IMG/VR virus record: IMGVR_UViG_3300030688_000015 | Source of the DNA: a virus | Strand: one strand, 5' to 3' | Length of the DNA stretch: 64,000 bases | Shown here: one piece after another, positions 19,137 to 32,538 of the stretch | Layout of the letters: every line of letters starts with the position of its first letter | Numbering within the stretch: the stretch's first letter is position 1 | Translations under genes and position numbers: made by a program | The notes under the pieces: generated by a model | The model's input: the letters and a program-made list of their open reading frames with translations, nothing else | What the model was told of the DNA's origin: nothing | Databases searched by the model: none

Positions 19137-19349
19137 GTGAGTATAATTAAACTGACTATTTGTAAAAATGTTTTAGAATACTTAGAGAAAGAAGAAATTA
19201 TATTTTCCATAGAAGATAATCATGTTGTACTGCATAAGAAAAACCTAAACAGAGAAAGTATATTTAAACTATTAGACTGTAGTTTAAACAGTATAGAGCA
19301 GAATGTAAAAAGCCAGTTGATTTCTCATTTTTTAGTAAATAATAAATGA
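19137..19349 (+). CDS. hypothetical protein
   Basis: 70-aa ORF. Confidence 0.35.
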   Translation: MSIIKLTICKNVLEYLEKEEIIFSIEDNHVVLHKKNLNRESIFKLLDCSLNSIEQNVKSQLISHFLVNNK

Positions 19350-20233
19350 ATAAACATATAAAATATATATTAGATAATGTAGAACATCCTAAGTGGATAG
19401 ACTCCAACCTTCAGTATGTAGTAATAACAGGAAGCTACGCTTATAATGTAAATAATTCTAATAGTGACATGGATTTGTATGCTTATGCTATTCCAGAGAA
19501 GAAGATACTATTTCCACATACTCAAGGATATATTAAAGGTTTTGGTAAAGAACCAGAAATCTTTGATCAGTTTCAGAAACATCACATACAAAACCCAAGT
19601 TGGGGTAAAGAATATGACATTCAAATATTTAATATAGTTAAATTCTTTAATTTAACTATGTTGGGAAATCCCAATATGATAGATTGTTTGTATGTTCCCT
19701 CTAATTGTATCTTACATATGACTGAGTTAGGTACACTAGTAAGGGAAAATAGAAATTTATTTCTTTCAAAAATTTGTAAAGTTAAGATGTCTTCATACGC
19801 TTATTCAGAATTGAGAAAAATAGAAAGTAAGGCTCATTCAGGTTCTGAAAAGAGAAAAGAATTAATAGATAAATATGGGTATGATTGTAAACATGCTTAC
19901 CATGTTATTAGATTAATTTTTGAAGCAGAACAGATCTTAGAGGAACATGATTTAGATTTAACAAGAAATTCTGAAATGTTAAAAAGTATAAGATCTGGAA
20001 ATTGGACTCTAGAACAAATTAAGGCTAAATTTTATGAGAAAGAAAAACATCTAGAAGAATTATATTCTAGAAGTACCTTGAGAACTCTACCTGCTGAAGA
20101 AGAAATTAAAAACTTACTTTTTAAGTGCTTAGAATCTCATTATGGGAGTTTATCTAAATTGGAAGTAGAGATACCTAATGCAAAAAATAATTTAATTACA
20201 GAGTTGGAAAAAGTTTTACAAAAGTATAGATAA
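19346..20233 (+). CDS. Pol-beta superfamily nucleotidyltransferase, RlaP/YcgL-like (RNA-repair associated)
   Basis: VVITGSYAYNVNNSNSDMDLYAY (GS...DxD) and CKHAYHVIRLIFEAEQIL, a pattern typical of RlaP-family NTases. Confidence 0.45.
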   Translation: MNKHIKYILDNVEHPKWIDSNLQYVVITGSYAYNVNNSNSDMDLYAYAIPEKKILFPHTQGYIKGFGKEPEIFDQFQKHHIQNPSWGKEYDIQIFNIVKFFNLTMLGNPNMIDCLYVPSNCILHMTELGTLVRENRNLFLSKICKVKMSSYAYSELRKIESKAHSGSEKRKELIDKYGYDCKHAYHVIRLIFEAEQILEEHDLDLTRNSEMLKSIRSGNWTLEQIKAKFYEKEKHLEELYSRSTLRTLPAEEEIKNLLFKCLESHYGSLSKLEVEIPNAKNNLITELEKVLQKYR

Positions 20234-20347
20234 AAATAAGTATTTATGTCTCAAATTTAGAATAATAGAGTTACTATTAAACGGAAGTATAGAGAAATAC
20301 GTAAATAAATATATAATATTTAATAAATTTAAAACAAAAGGATAATT

Positions 20348-20815
20348 ATGGAATTAAAACTTAACGAAAAAGTTCGCATAAAAATAAATTGTGAAGAACT
20401 CTATTCAGATTATTCTGATTTATTCGGAACTATTACTTCTATAAATGAAATTACTCAAGAATGCTTTGTAGTTTTTAACCATAAACCAGCTCTTAATAGT
20501 TATAAAGTTAAAAGTTGTTTTATTCCTAGTTATTTGATTACTTCTCTTTCTGAGTATATTATTTGGGAACATAAACCTTATTGGGAATTACTAGGAGAAA
20601 AAATATATTTACAAAATTGTATATCTAAAGAAAAAGAAGTTTATTATCTTTCAGATGAAATACAAAAGATTTTAAAAATTCCTTACTTTAACTTTTATTT
20701 CGCACCTGATCAGTCTGTTGGGCATGAATCTTCTTTTACAATTCTAATTAAAGAAGATGGGAAAACTATACCTGTGAAATATTACGCAGAAGATCCAGAA
20801 AATTTTTGCATATAG
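20348..20815 (+). CDS. hypothetical protein
   Basis: 155-aa ORF. Confidence 0.45.
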   Translation: MELKLNEKVRIKINCEELYSDYSDLFGTITSINEITQECFVVFNHKPALNSYKVKSCFIPSYLITSLSEYIIWEHKPYWELLGEKIYLQNCISKEKEVYYLSDEIQKILKIPYFNFYFAPDQSVGHESSFTILIKEDGKTIPVKYYAEDPENFCI

Positions 20816-20976
20816 AATCCTCGAGCATTTTGATTTAATTTATTTAAGTATATTAGAATATAAGGATAATAAAAAGAAATTAAGAGCTAAGTGCTTAGAA
20901 GAATGTATAAAAGTATATTTCTTCTAGAATAAAGTTGCTTATATAAAGAATAATTTATTTATAGATTTGGAAATTT

Positions 20977-21234
20977 ATGGAAAACAAAAAGTATTTAAAA
21001 TTAATAAACTTCTTACATCAAGCTGAAAGAGCTATCTCCATCACTTTAGAATTTTCTAGAGAACAAGAAAATATACAAGAAGAGCAAGAAGATTTAGTGT
21101 ATTTAATAGGAATGAGTAATAATACTTATGAAATTAAAGAAGTTTATAATGAAGATAATAATACTATAGCTTCTTTTATTGTAAAAATATATGTAAATAA
21201 TTTAATCCACAAAGTAATTTTTACTTGGGAGTAA
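20977..21234 (+). CDS. hypothetical protein
   Basis: 85-aa ORF. Confidence 0.35.
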   Translation: MENKKYLKLINFLHQAERAISITLEFSREQENIQEEQEDLVYLIGMSNNTYEIKEVYNEDNNTIASFIVKIYVNNLIHKVIFTWE

Positions 21235-21253
21235 TTTTTAGAGGTGAATACAA

Positions 21254-21538
21254 ATGAAAATTAGATATTTGTCTGGGGATTTAGAATATAACTTTGATTT
21301 ACTTTTTTCTGATCATTTTTTAAAGTTTAAAGACACAATCTTAGAAAAGGAAGAATTTAAAGATTACAAAGGAAAAATTTTTAGGATAGATCATATACTG
21401 ATAGATGAGGCTACTTTAGTGTGTGATCATGTTAGCATTATGTGTGTTTCTGATCCATCATTTATTGTACTGGGATATGTACATTTGTGGGATTTAGAAA
21501 AACTAAAAAATTTTGAAGAAAGTTATCAAAATGGTTAA
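21254..21538 (+). CDS. hypothetical protein
   Basis: 94-aa ORF with GAGGTG RBS. Confidence 0.4.
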   Translation: MKIRYLSGDLEYNFDLLFSDHFLKFKDTILEKEEFKDYKGKIFRIDHILIDEATLVCDHVSIMCVSDPSFIVLGYVHLWDLEKLKNFEESYQNG

Positions 21539-21863
21539 AATAGAGGAACTATATGATAAAGTGGTAAGAGAAATACAAAAAGTAATTCCTAAAAATTCTT
21601 TAATAGCAGATGCATGCTTTGTTTACAACACTTATAAAACATATAGGATTGGTAAAGCTTATTTTAAATTATCTTTAACTAAAAATTTTTTAGAATTTTG
21701 CCTGTATCATGATGATATCATAAATACTTTCAATGAGGGTGATTTAGAAGAAGTTCTATATTCTATACTTATTCATAAAGAATCTGTTTTTAACTTCAAT
21801 TCTAACCAATTTCTTCAAGATGTATTATCTTGTATATTAAACTTATTAGAAGAAAATTCATAA
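21513..21863 (+). CDS. hypothetical protein
   Basis: 116-aa ORF. Confidence 0.4.
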   Translation: MKKVIKMVKIEELYDKVVREIQKVIPKNSLIADACFVYNTYKTYRIGKAYFKLSLTKNFLEFCLYHDDIINTFNEGDLEEVLYSILIHKESVFNFNSNQFLQDVLSCILNLLEENS

Positions 21864-22504
21864 TGAAATCTTTAGATGAAAAAATACAAGATTTACAAGT
21901 TCTTATATCTAACTTAGAAATACCAGATCAGTGGTATAAAGAAGAAGAAGTTATTGATTCCTTAGTAAGTAGATGTAACTCAATATCTAGAGAAATTATA
22001 GACAATAGTAGAGTCCCAACAATACCTGCTCATGAGATTATAGAAATATGTATTGTAAATAAGAAATTATTTTTTAAAAATAATCAATTGAACGGTTGGG
22101 ATTTAACTTGGTTAAAAGAATCTAATTCAGATTCTTTAAAAATATCCTTAGTTGAATCTTGTACTTCATTCGCTCTAAAACGTAATTGGGAATCAGCTTT
22201 TAGAGTAGTAATACTTTTATTTAATCTAGAAGTTATAGACTTTATACTTTTAAAGAGTATATTGTCAAAGTATTCAAGAAAATTAAACTTATCTGATTTA
22301 CTAGAACTAGAAGGATTCGTTAAAACTTCAGTATTTTCTGAGGATAGAATTACATATGAGACTGATGAAGTTAAATTTGAATGGAGTAATTCTCGACCTA
22401 GCTATTGGATTCATAGTAAAATTTACGAAGAAGCGATAGTTTTAAGTAAATCAAGAGGAGAACAAGAAGTTTTTAAAATAGCTAAAAATATTCTAGGTTT
22501 CTAA
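21830..22504 (+). CDS. hypothetical protein
   Basis: 224-aa ORF; last gene of the + block. Confidence 0.45.
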   Translation: MYIKLIRRKFIMKSLDEKIQDLQVLISNLEIPDQWYKEEEVIDSLVSRCNSISREIIDNSRVPTIPAHEIIEICIVNKKLFFKNNQLNGWDLTWLKESNSDSLKISLVESCTSFALKRNWESAFRVVILLFNLEVIDFILLKSILSKYSRKLNLSDLLELEGFVKTSVFSEDRITYETDEVKFEWSNSRPSYWIHSKIYEEAIVLSKSRGEQEVFKIAKNILGF

Positions 22505-22540
22505 AGATTAAATACATTTCTTTTTTCGTACTTTAATAAA

Positions 22541-24895
<2,355 letters not shown>

Positions 24896-24896
<1 letters not shown>

Positions 24897-25351
24897 TAAT
24901 TTACACTTTCATAAATTCCAGTTGAAGGATTATGAGATACTTTTTTCTTCTCTTCAAGAGACAGATCTTCCTCATCTTCACAATGCTCGGAAAAATACTC
25001 AAAAAAATTTTTTACACTCTCATCTATCTCTTGAATTTTCTGAGAGTAGAGTCTTTTACAAATTATCTCTAAACTATTTTCTTTAAAGCATTCTTGAAAG
25101 TAAATTTCGGAACAAACTTCAAAACTTTTCATCTGTTCCTGAAGGTTCCGAGTCAAATCAAAAGTAAATATTTTAAGATCAGTAGAATCCTGTAAAAAAG
25201 GAACAGAATAAATTTCCAAATAAGAGTTTTCAAATTTAAAGCACATCCAGAGGTTTTCTGGTAATTTACTGTTTTTTTCTAATATTATTTTTATTGCTGC
25301 AGATACTACTTTATTTTGTTGCTTGTTTTCTTTTTTAGTAATCTTTTTCAA
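24896..25351 (-). CDS. hypothetical protein
   Basis: 151-aa ORF. Confidence 0.45.
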
Positions 25352-25533
25352 AAATTTTTCCTTGTAAAATTTTTATAATGATTTATATAAATTGAAATCT
25401 TATAATTAGCTAGTATTATACTTTAATTACAACATTTCAAGTTATATTTATCATAAAATTTTTAAACTTTAATATCAAAATTTTCTGTAGGGTAAGTAGC
25501 TTTTAAACCATTATCAGATATAATTGTTATATG

Positions 25534-25743
25534 TTATTTTTTATAAAAGTCAAGTTTACAATCGCCTAAAGTTGTGTAAACTTTACCTTCTGTAATATTT
25601 TTTAATCTTATTTTTTTCATCATAAAATCTTTTGTAAGTACACTTTTACAAATAACCTCAGTATTTGGATTAAATCTACGACATTTTGCAACAGAAGAAT
25701 CTGCAATTGAAGATAATAAGCTATTATTTTCACATTTTTTCAT
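25534..25743 (-). CDS. hypothetical protein
   Basis: 69-aa ORF. Confidence 0.35.
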   Translation of the reverse strand: MKKCENNSLLSSIADSSVAKCRRFNPNTEVICKSVLTKDFMMKKIRLKNITEGKVYTTLGDCKLDFYKK

Positions 25744-25795
25744 TTAATTTCCTTTAATTAGCATTTAGTTCACATATAATTAAGTCCCAAAATCT

Positions 25796-26110
25796 TTAAA
25801 AAGAAATTCTCTTATTTGAAATAGCTAATCTATAAAAAATAAAACTACTATTTGTTTCTAAAATATTCTTATTATCTTCTAATAATTTACACTGAGCATG
25901 TTTTAAAATAGTTCTCAAATCCTTTTCTGTGGTTTTCAATCTTACACGAAGAACGTTTTTAGACACAGAGAAATGATCTTTAGAGTTTAATACTTCTTTC
26001 ACTTCAGAAATTAATCCTGAAGTTTTATTATAGTTTAAATTTTGAGGTACAATTTTATTATATAGTGCTCTTATCAATTTTGTTACTTTTTTCATTTCTA
26101 TTCCTTTCAA
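25796..26110 (-). CDS. hypothetical protein
   Basis: 104-aa ORF. Confidence 0.4.
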   Translation of the reverse strand: MKGIEMKKVTKLIRALYNKIVPQNLNYNKTSGLISEVKEVLNSKDHFSVSKNVLRVRLKTTEKDLRTILKHAQCKLLEDNKNILETNSSFIFYRLAISNKRISF

Positions 26111-26150
26111 TATTAGGAGGTATTACTCAAAATACCTCCTATTTAATTTT

Positions 26151-26507
26151 TTATCCTAGTAATAATTTACTAGTTTTACTTTCATCAGACTCCGAAACCT
26201 CTTGAGCTTCTAAGTTTTGACTTTCTATACCAAGTAATTGTTTGAACTGTTCTCCAGCGCTTAAATCGCTTACTTTCATTATAGCAGATACACTAGCTTG
26301 AGCTTTCTTTATAACTGCTACTAATTTTTCTTGGTTAATGTTTTCTTTATCTAAGAGTAATTCTAAAATTGCTTGTTGATAAATAGAATTACTAGAAATC
26401 AAAGCTTTAGTTTCAAGTAGTATCTGAATGGTTACTTTTTGTAATTCAAAATTTAGACCTTCCAAATTTGTATCTAAGCTACTTTTGTTTGAGTTTTTAT
26501 TTGTCAT
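26151..26507 (-). CDS. hypothetical protein
   Basis: 118-aa ORF. Confidence 0.4.
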   Translation of the reverse strand: MTNKNSNKSSLDTNLEGLNFELQKVTIQILLETKALISSNSIYQQAILELLLDKENINQEKLVAVIKKAQASVSAIMKVSDLSAGEQFKQLLGIESQNLEAQEVSESDESKTSKLLLG

Positions 26508-26535
26508 GTTTTTCTTTCAAAAAATTCTTATAAAT

Positions 26536-26757
26536 CTAACCTATAGGAGAAGTATAAGTGTTAGGTAACTGCACATTGTTCACAAAAACAGATGTGTTAG
26601 GTTTGTAAGAAGAATTTGAGATCCAATTTTTCCAAATTCTTCTTAGAGAAAGACCATCTAAGTTTATTCCTCCTTGTTCCAAATTACAGGATACCTCTTT
26701 AAAAGTTAAGCCTTTTTCAAAAAGAGATTCTATGAAATAAACAAGTTTCTTATCCAT
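26536..26757 (-). CDS. small hypothetical protein, paralog of 27496..27735
   Basis: Shares the layout M-D-...F.KGL(T/S)...V...L...LPNT...(S/P)PIG with the other copy. Confidence 0.45.
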   Translation of the reverse strand: MDKKLVYFIESLFEKGLTFKEVSCNLEQGGINLDGLSLRRIWKNWISNSSYKPNTSVFVNNVQLPNTYTSPIG

Positions 26758-26774
26758 TAGATGCCTTTCTGTAT

Positions 26775-27413
26775 TTATTTAACTCTTTTCAATTCTACTT
26801 TTTTATTTGTAACTGGGTGTAAAATTTCTTTAAACTTACAGCCTAAAGCACTGCTTGTTACATTTAAAAAATTAGAAGCTTCCTTAAGGCTTAAAAATTT
26901 CTCACCTGAGCTAAGTTTAATAACTTCAGCATTTCTAGAAATCTTTATTACTTTACCTGTGACAGGATGTTTTATTTCTTTTATTTTATTAAAAATTATA
27001 GAGGGATTATGTTTTAGAAATCTAGCAGCTTCATTCATGCTGTAAAATTTTTCTCCAGAACTAAGCTTAACTCCCACTATTTCTGAGTAGAAAGAATCTT
27101 TAATTTGATTTGGGTGAGATCCTGGTTTATCATAAAAAAGATTTTCAGCAACATTGCCTGCTTTGATATTTTTTCTATATAGAACTTGACCTTTTTTCAT
27201 TTTAGGTAAGAAGCAAGCTGCCACAACTCTAGCTAGATTAACCTTAACTGATTTACCATTACTGTTAGTAAGACTTAAATTATTTCCTTTGAAATTTCTA
27301 AAAGCATCACTTTTTTCCGAGAAAACTTGTCCTTTTTGAGAAACATAAATGCCTTTATAACCTTTAATTTGTTTAAAGATATCTCCATTTATTTTAATTT
27401 CTTTTTGACTCAT
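26775..27413 (-). CDS. free-standing HNH-family (NUMOD4/HNH_3-like) homing endonuclease-like protein with two NUMOD1 DNA-binding repeats
   Basis: N-terminal KGYKGIYVSQKGQVFS equals the NUMOD4 GYEGLYEVSNLGRV pattern. VKVNLARVVAACF...VAENLFY resembles the HNH_3 core, but the catalytic His position reads Y. Two C-terminal repeats ...SSGEKF(Y/L)S..EAA.FL... equal NUMOD1. Confidence 0.5.
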   Translation of the reverse strand: MSQKEIKINGDIFKQIKGYKGIYVSQKGQVFSEKSDAFRNFKGNNLSLTNSNGKSVKVNLARVVAACFLPKMKKGQVLYRKNIKAGNVAENLFYDKPGSHPNQIKDSFYSEIVGVKLSSGEKFYSMNEAARFLKHNPSIIFNKIKEIKHPVTGKVIKISRNAEVIKLSSGEKFLSLKEASNFLNVTSSALGCKFKEILHPVTNKKVELKRVK

Positions 27414-27495
27414 TATACTTTCTCCTTAAGAAGTTTATATTATTTATCACGAGGTAATATTATACTTCAAATTTAAAATTGTAAGTTATATTTTA

Positions 27496-27735
27496 TTATT
27501 GCATGAATCCATTACCAATTGGAGGACAATAGCTAGAAGGAAATTTTACTAAATCTGTTGCACAATTTTTAGTATTTGGTAAGTATCCTCCACTATGAAG
27601 ATATTGTTGATAGAATTGGTATACTTCTATTCCTGAGACTGTTATTTTTAAATTAAGGAGTTCTTGCTTTACATCTTCAATAGATAGTCCTTTACGAAAA
27701 AGATTTAACATAATAATTCTCGTTCTCTCATCCAC
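27496..27735 (-). CDS. small hypothetical protein, paralog of 26536..26757
   Basis: See 26536..26757. Confidence 0.45.
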   Translation of the reverse strand: MDERTRIIMLNLFRKGLSIEDVKQELLNLKITVSGIEVYQFYQQYLHSGGYLPNTKNCATDLVKFPSSYCPPIGNGFMQ

Positions 27736-27745
27736 CTATACTCTC

Positions 27746-28141
27746 CTAATTTTTACTTCTATTTAATTTATTTTCTTGAATTTTATTGTATATAAACTCT
27801 ATGTGCTTTTCCATTAAGTGTATCACACCTACTTTAAGATCTGGGGGTTGGTTAGATACAGTCTCAATAGTTATATATTTTGGAGGATACTCTTCGGGAA
27901 TAATAATGGAAATTCCTGTTATTAGAAATTCATCTCCTTCAAACATAGGGCTTTGTGGGTATTCTTCTATAAAACGCATCTCTGTATTCCCACAATCATC
28001 TTGCTTTACTCTAAAACCTATTTTATCCTCTTCTTCTACAACACCACACATTTGAGTTATTTTTATTGCATTAGATCTTGCAATTTCTTCATCCCAGTTA
28101 TTTACAGCTATGGATTCAAAGTTTTGTTTAGTTTTTACCAT
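27746..28141 (-). CDS. hypothetical protein immediately downstream of groEL
   Basis: 131 aa; no GroES motif recognisable. Confidence 0.45.
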   Translation of the reverse strand: MVKTKQNFESIAVNNWDEEIARSNAIKITQMCGVVEEEDKIGFRVKQDDCGNTEMRFIEEYPQSPMFEGDEFLITGISIIIPEEYPPKYITIETVSNQPPDLKVGVIHLMEKHIEFIYNKIQENKLNRSKN

Positions 28142-28215
28142 TACTAGTTACTCCTCTTAAATGATTAAATGTGCTTAAATATTACTCTAAGCACAACCAT
28201 TAATCAAAATTAACT

Positions 28216-29859
<1,644 letters not shown>

Positions 29860-30081
29860 TTACAAAAATTAAATTAATTAAACTTCTAGTATAGTAGGTG
29901 AGGTAACCTTACATTTTTGAATCAACATTACCTCCTTTTGATTTGTGGTTGTAGCTTATCACTACCATTCTACCCTAATTTAAGTTTTAGAGAATTACAT
30001 CAAAATTAATTACTTTTCAGTATATTTCTAGGAATCTAAAACTTAGAATGTTCTTCATTTCTCTTCAAATAAACAACACTT

Positions 30082-30105
30082 GAGACTAGAAAAATAACTA
30101 GTCTC
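30082..30105 (-). terminator. inverted repeat (8-bp stems, 8-nt spacer) between the 30186 gene and groEL; probable terminator or operator. Not a CIRCE sequence.
   Basis: GAGACTAG-aaaaataa-CTAGTCTC. Confidence 0.35.
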
Positions 30106-30185
30106 TTATGTTGCAAGGAAGTAGAAGTTTTAACTGTTATATCAATAACGATATTATATCATATTTCAAGAATTAAAAAGTATAT

Positions 30186-30614
30186 TTAATCTTTATATTC
30201 TAACATTAATGCCTCTAGTTTAAGTTCGTCTTTCTTATTTTGTGAAAGTAGCTTACTTAAAGTATTCTCATCTTCTATTAATTTCTGTTTTAATAGATTC
30301 ATTTTAATATTCTCTGCTACTATCTTAAAATCGTTTAACCAATCCTCAAAGTAATAACCTTGAATTTTCTCTTCAGACTTAATTCCTAAAAGATCATAAG
30401 ATTTCTTATAACTTTCATTAACTTGAACAATTTGTGAAAATATTTCTACACATTTATCTGTACTTGTAATAGTTTTTAAATTAGTTGTATTTCCAGAAAT
30501 ATTAAGTGTGCAATTAGTTTTCCAATGTATTTTAGGGGAATTTAAAATCTCAATCTTTTTATTCTTGATTTTTTCCATAAGTTTTAAAACTAGATCGTCT
30601 TTATTCATTTTCAC
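30186..30614 (-). CDS. hypothetical protein
   Basis: 142-aa ORF. Confidence 0.45.
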   Translation of the reverse strand: MKMNKDDLVLKLMEKIKNKKIEILNSPKIHWKTNCTLNISGNTTNLKTITSTDKCVEIFSQIVQVNESYKKSYDLLGIKSEEKIQGYYFEDWLNDFKIVAENIKMNLLKQKLIEDENTLSKLLSQNKKDELKLEALMLEYKD

Positions 30615-30633
30615 TCGCTTTCTTATTAATTTT

Positions 30634-31794
30634 TTAGATATTTACAGTTTCACCAGAACTTAAAACAAAATTAAGTTGTAGTAAATCTTTTTCGAAAGAT
30701 TCAAAATCTATTTCAAAATAATCTGCAGATGCATGAATCCCTTTTAAACTTATGAAATTCTTGTAAATACTCTCAAATTCAGGATAATATCTATAGAATT
30801 CATTCCAAACATTATTCTTAAATATGTAACCTCTACTAAAGAAAACCTGGTTTCTGTTTAAATTATTTCCATGTACATACATTTTTAAATAAGTTTTTTC
30901 ATCTATTTTCACAAAGAAATCGAAATTCTCCCAAGACTCGTTACCTTTACAAAAAATTATAAAATTTTCTTTAATTGCTACAGGTAATGAACTATATTTA
31001 CTTTTAAGAAAAATATCTAATTGTTCTGAATAATTATCATCAATTTCCTGAGATACTATTTGTCCTATATTAGTGAAACCTTTTTCTATTCTATATTCAC
31101 TTTTATTTATGTCCTCAATTTTTATAAAGATATGTTTCATCTCTGTTGTAAAGTACTTATGGCTCTTAGCTAATATTTCCTGTGAACTCCAGGCTTGTAC
31201 TTTTCTTCTAACTTTGACTGTTTCTATCTTTTCAACTACATGGGGTTGCCTTCCTAAATACATATAAATGTCATTGTCCTTAAACTTGTATAATCTTCCC
31301 GCAACCATCATCTCTTTAGTTACTTTTAAAGATTGTAACTTAGTGAAATCATTAGATTTTTGGTAATCTTGACTAGTAACTGGTAATAAGATTAAATCCT
31401 TACCATCCCAAGAGTATACAAATTCTCCCTCTAACCCTTTACCTTTAGTAGCTGTACATTCTTGTAAAATAAATAACAGATTAGTAACATCTATTTCAAA
31501 TTCGAAACCTCTAGGGTCAAATATTCTGACATAAGTATCTCTGTGATTCCAACCTGTATTGTATCCTCCTACTTTTTTATTTATTACAAAACCAGAAGTA
31601 GGCACATTTTCAAATTCTAAGGGTTCAACGGATTTATCTCTCCAATTTTGCCAAGATGTTTCTTTTCTCAAAACACCTTTAGAATCCCAGTAGATTATAT
31701 AAGCTAAATTTCCTGTATAAGTACCTTTTCTTTTTCGAAGTCCTACTTTAATTTTCTGAGGAATTATAAGTTTATCTTGAATTTCCAATTTCAT
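30634..31794 (-). CDS. hypothetical protein
   Basis: 386-aa ORF. Confidence 0.5.
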   Translation of the reverse strand: MKLEIQDKLIIPQKIKVGLRKRKGTYTGNLAYIIYWDSKGVLRKETSWQNWRDKSVEPLEFENVPTSGFVINKKVGGYNTGWNHRDTYVRIFDPRGFEFEIDVTNLLFILQECTATKGKGLEGEFVYSWDGKDLILLPVTSQDYQKSNDFTKLQSLKVTKEMMVAGRLYKFKDNDIYMYLGRQPHVVEKIETVKVRRKVQAWSSQEILAKSHKYFTTEMKHIFIKIEDINKSEYRIEKGFTNIGQIVSQEIDDNYSEQLDIFLKSKYSSLPVAIKENFIIFCKGNESWENFDFFVKIDEKTYLKMYVHGNNLNRNQVFFSRGYIFKNNVWNEFYRYYPEFESIYKNFISLKGIHASADYFEIDFESFEKDLLQLNFVLSSGETVNI

Positions 31795-32089
31795 TTCCTT
31801 TCTATTAACTTACAATATTATACCATAAAAATTTAATAAAAGGTAATCTTTTTATTTTCTAGTTATTAAGTCAGAAAGATCTTTAAATTTTTGTTCTAAC
31901 TTATCTATTAGAGAAACAGCCATATTTCTTTTTTCTGAATCTTCAAAATATCTTTCTCCACCAGAAAAGTATTTTGCAGTATAAATTACTTCTTTTAACT
32001 TTTTAATATCTTCTTCCATTGATTAATCTCCTTATTCTAATTAAATCTATTTTATTTAAATATTTTAGACTTTTAAGAAATTTGAATTA

Positions 32090-32425
32090 TTATTTAGAAC
32101 CCAATATAGTCAATTTGTTAATATGGCTTCCTGAAATTCCTGGATAAGTAATTTTTCTAAAATAAAAACCAATTTCTGGAGTTATATCTCCATTCCAAGT
32201 TACCTCAAAGGATTCCTCTAACCAATTATATTCTGTTACTTCTCCAGTGTATTCTCTGTATGAAACAATAGTTCCTAGTTTAAAATCTTCAAACTTATTC
32301 AACATTATTTTAAACCTCATCAAAATTATTGGAATTTTTCTTCCAATAAGAGCAACTAAATTTCTCAGGCTTTTCAATGTAAAAATCCTTAGAAATATCT
32401 TTAAAATGTAAAGGTTTAAAAGCAT
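32090..32425 (-). CDS. hypothetical protein (5' end uncertain; overlaps 32310..32534 in another frame)
   Basis: 111-aa ORF. Confidence 0.3.
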   Translation of the reverse strand: MLLNLYILKIFLRIFTLKSLRNLVALIGRKIPIILMRFKIMLNKFEDFKLGTIVSYREYTGEVTEYNWLEESFEVTWNGDITPEIGFYFRKITYPGISGSHINKLTILGSK

Positions 32426-32534
32426 CCTGAACTTCAGAATTGCAACAGATAGTAATGTACTCTATGTCTAACAAATCTACATTAGCAGTAGTCTTAGAAT
32501 ATTTACAATTGTTACAATTTTTAAACATTTCCAT
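32310..32534 (-). CDS. small Cys-rich protein (CNNCKY...CC), paralog of 63277..63474
   Basis: MEMFKNCNNCKYSK vs MKQIDKCNNCKYLQ. Confidence 0.45.
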   Translation of the reverse strand: MEMFKNCNNCKYSKTTANVDLLDIEYITICCNSEVQDAFKPLHFKDISKDFYIEKPEKFSCSYWKKNSNNFDEV

Positions 32535-32538
32535 AAGT

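Noticed and set aside
27746-28141. 131-aa ORF downstream of groEL as a GroES/gp31 co-chaperonin
   Set aside because: No GroES signature (no mobile-loop GG...AAK motif, no beta-hairpin roof pattern) could be recognised by eye. Left as hypothetical.
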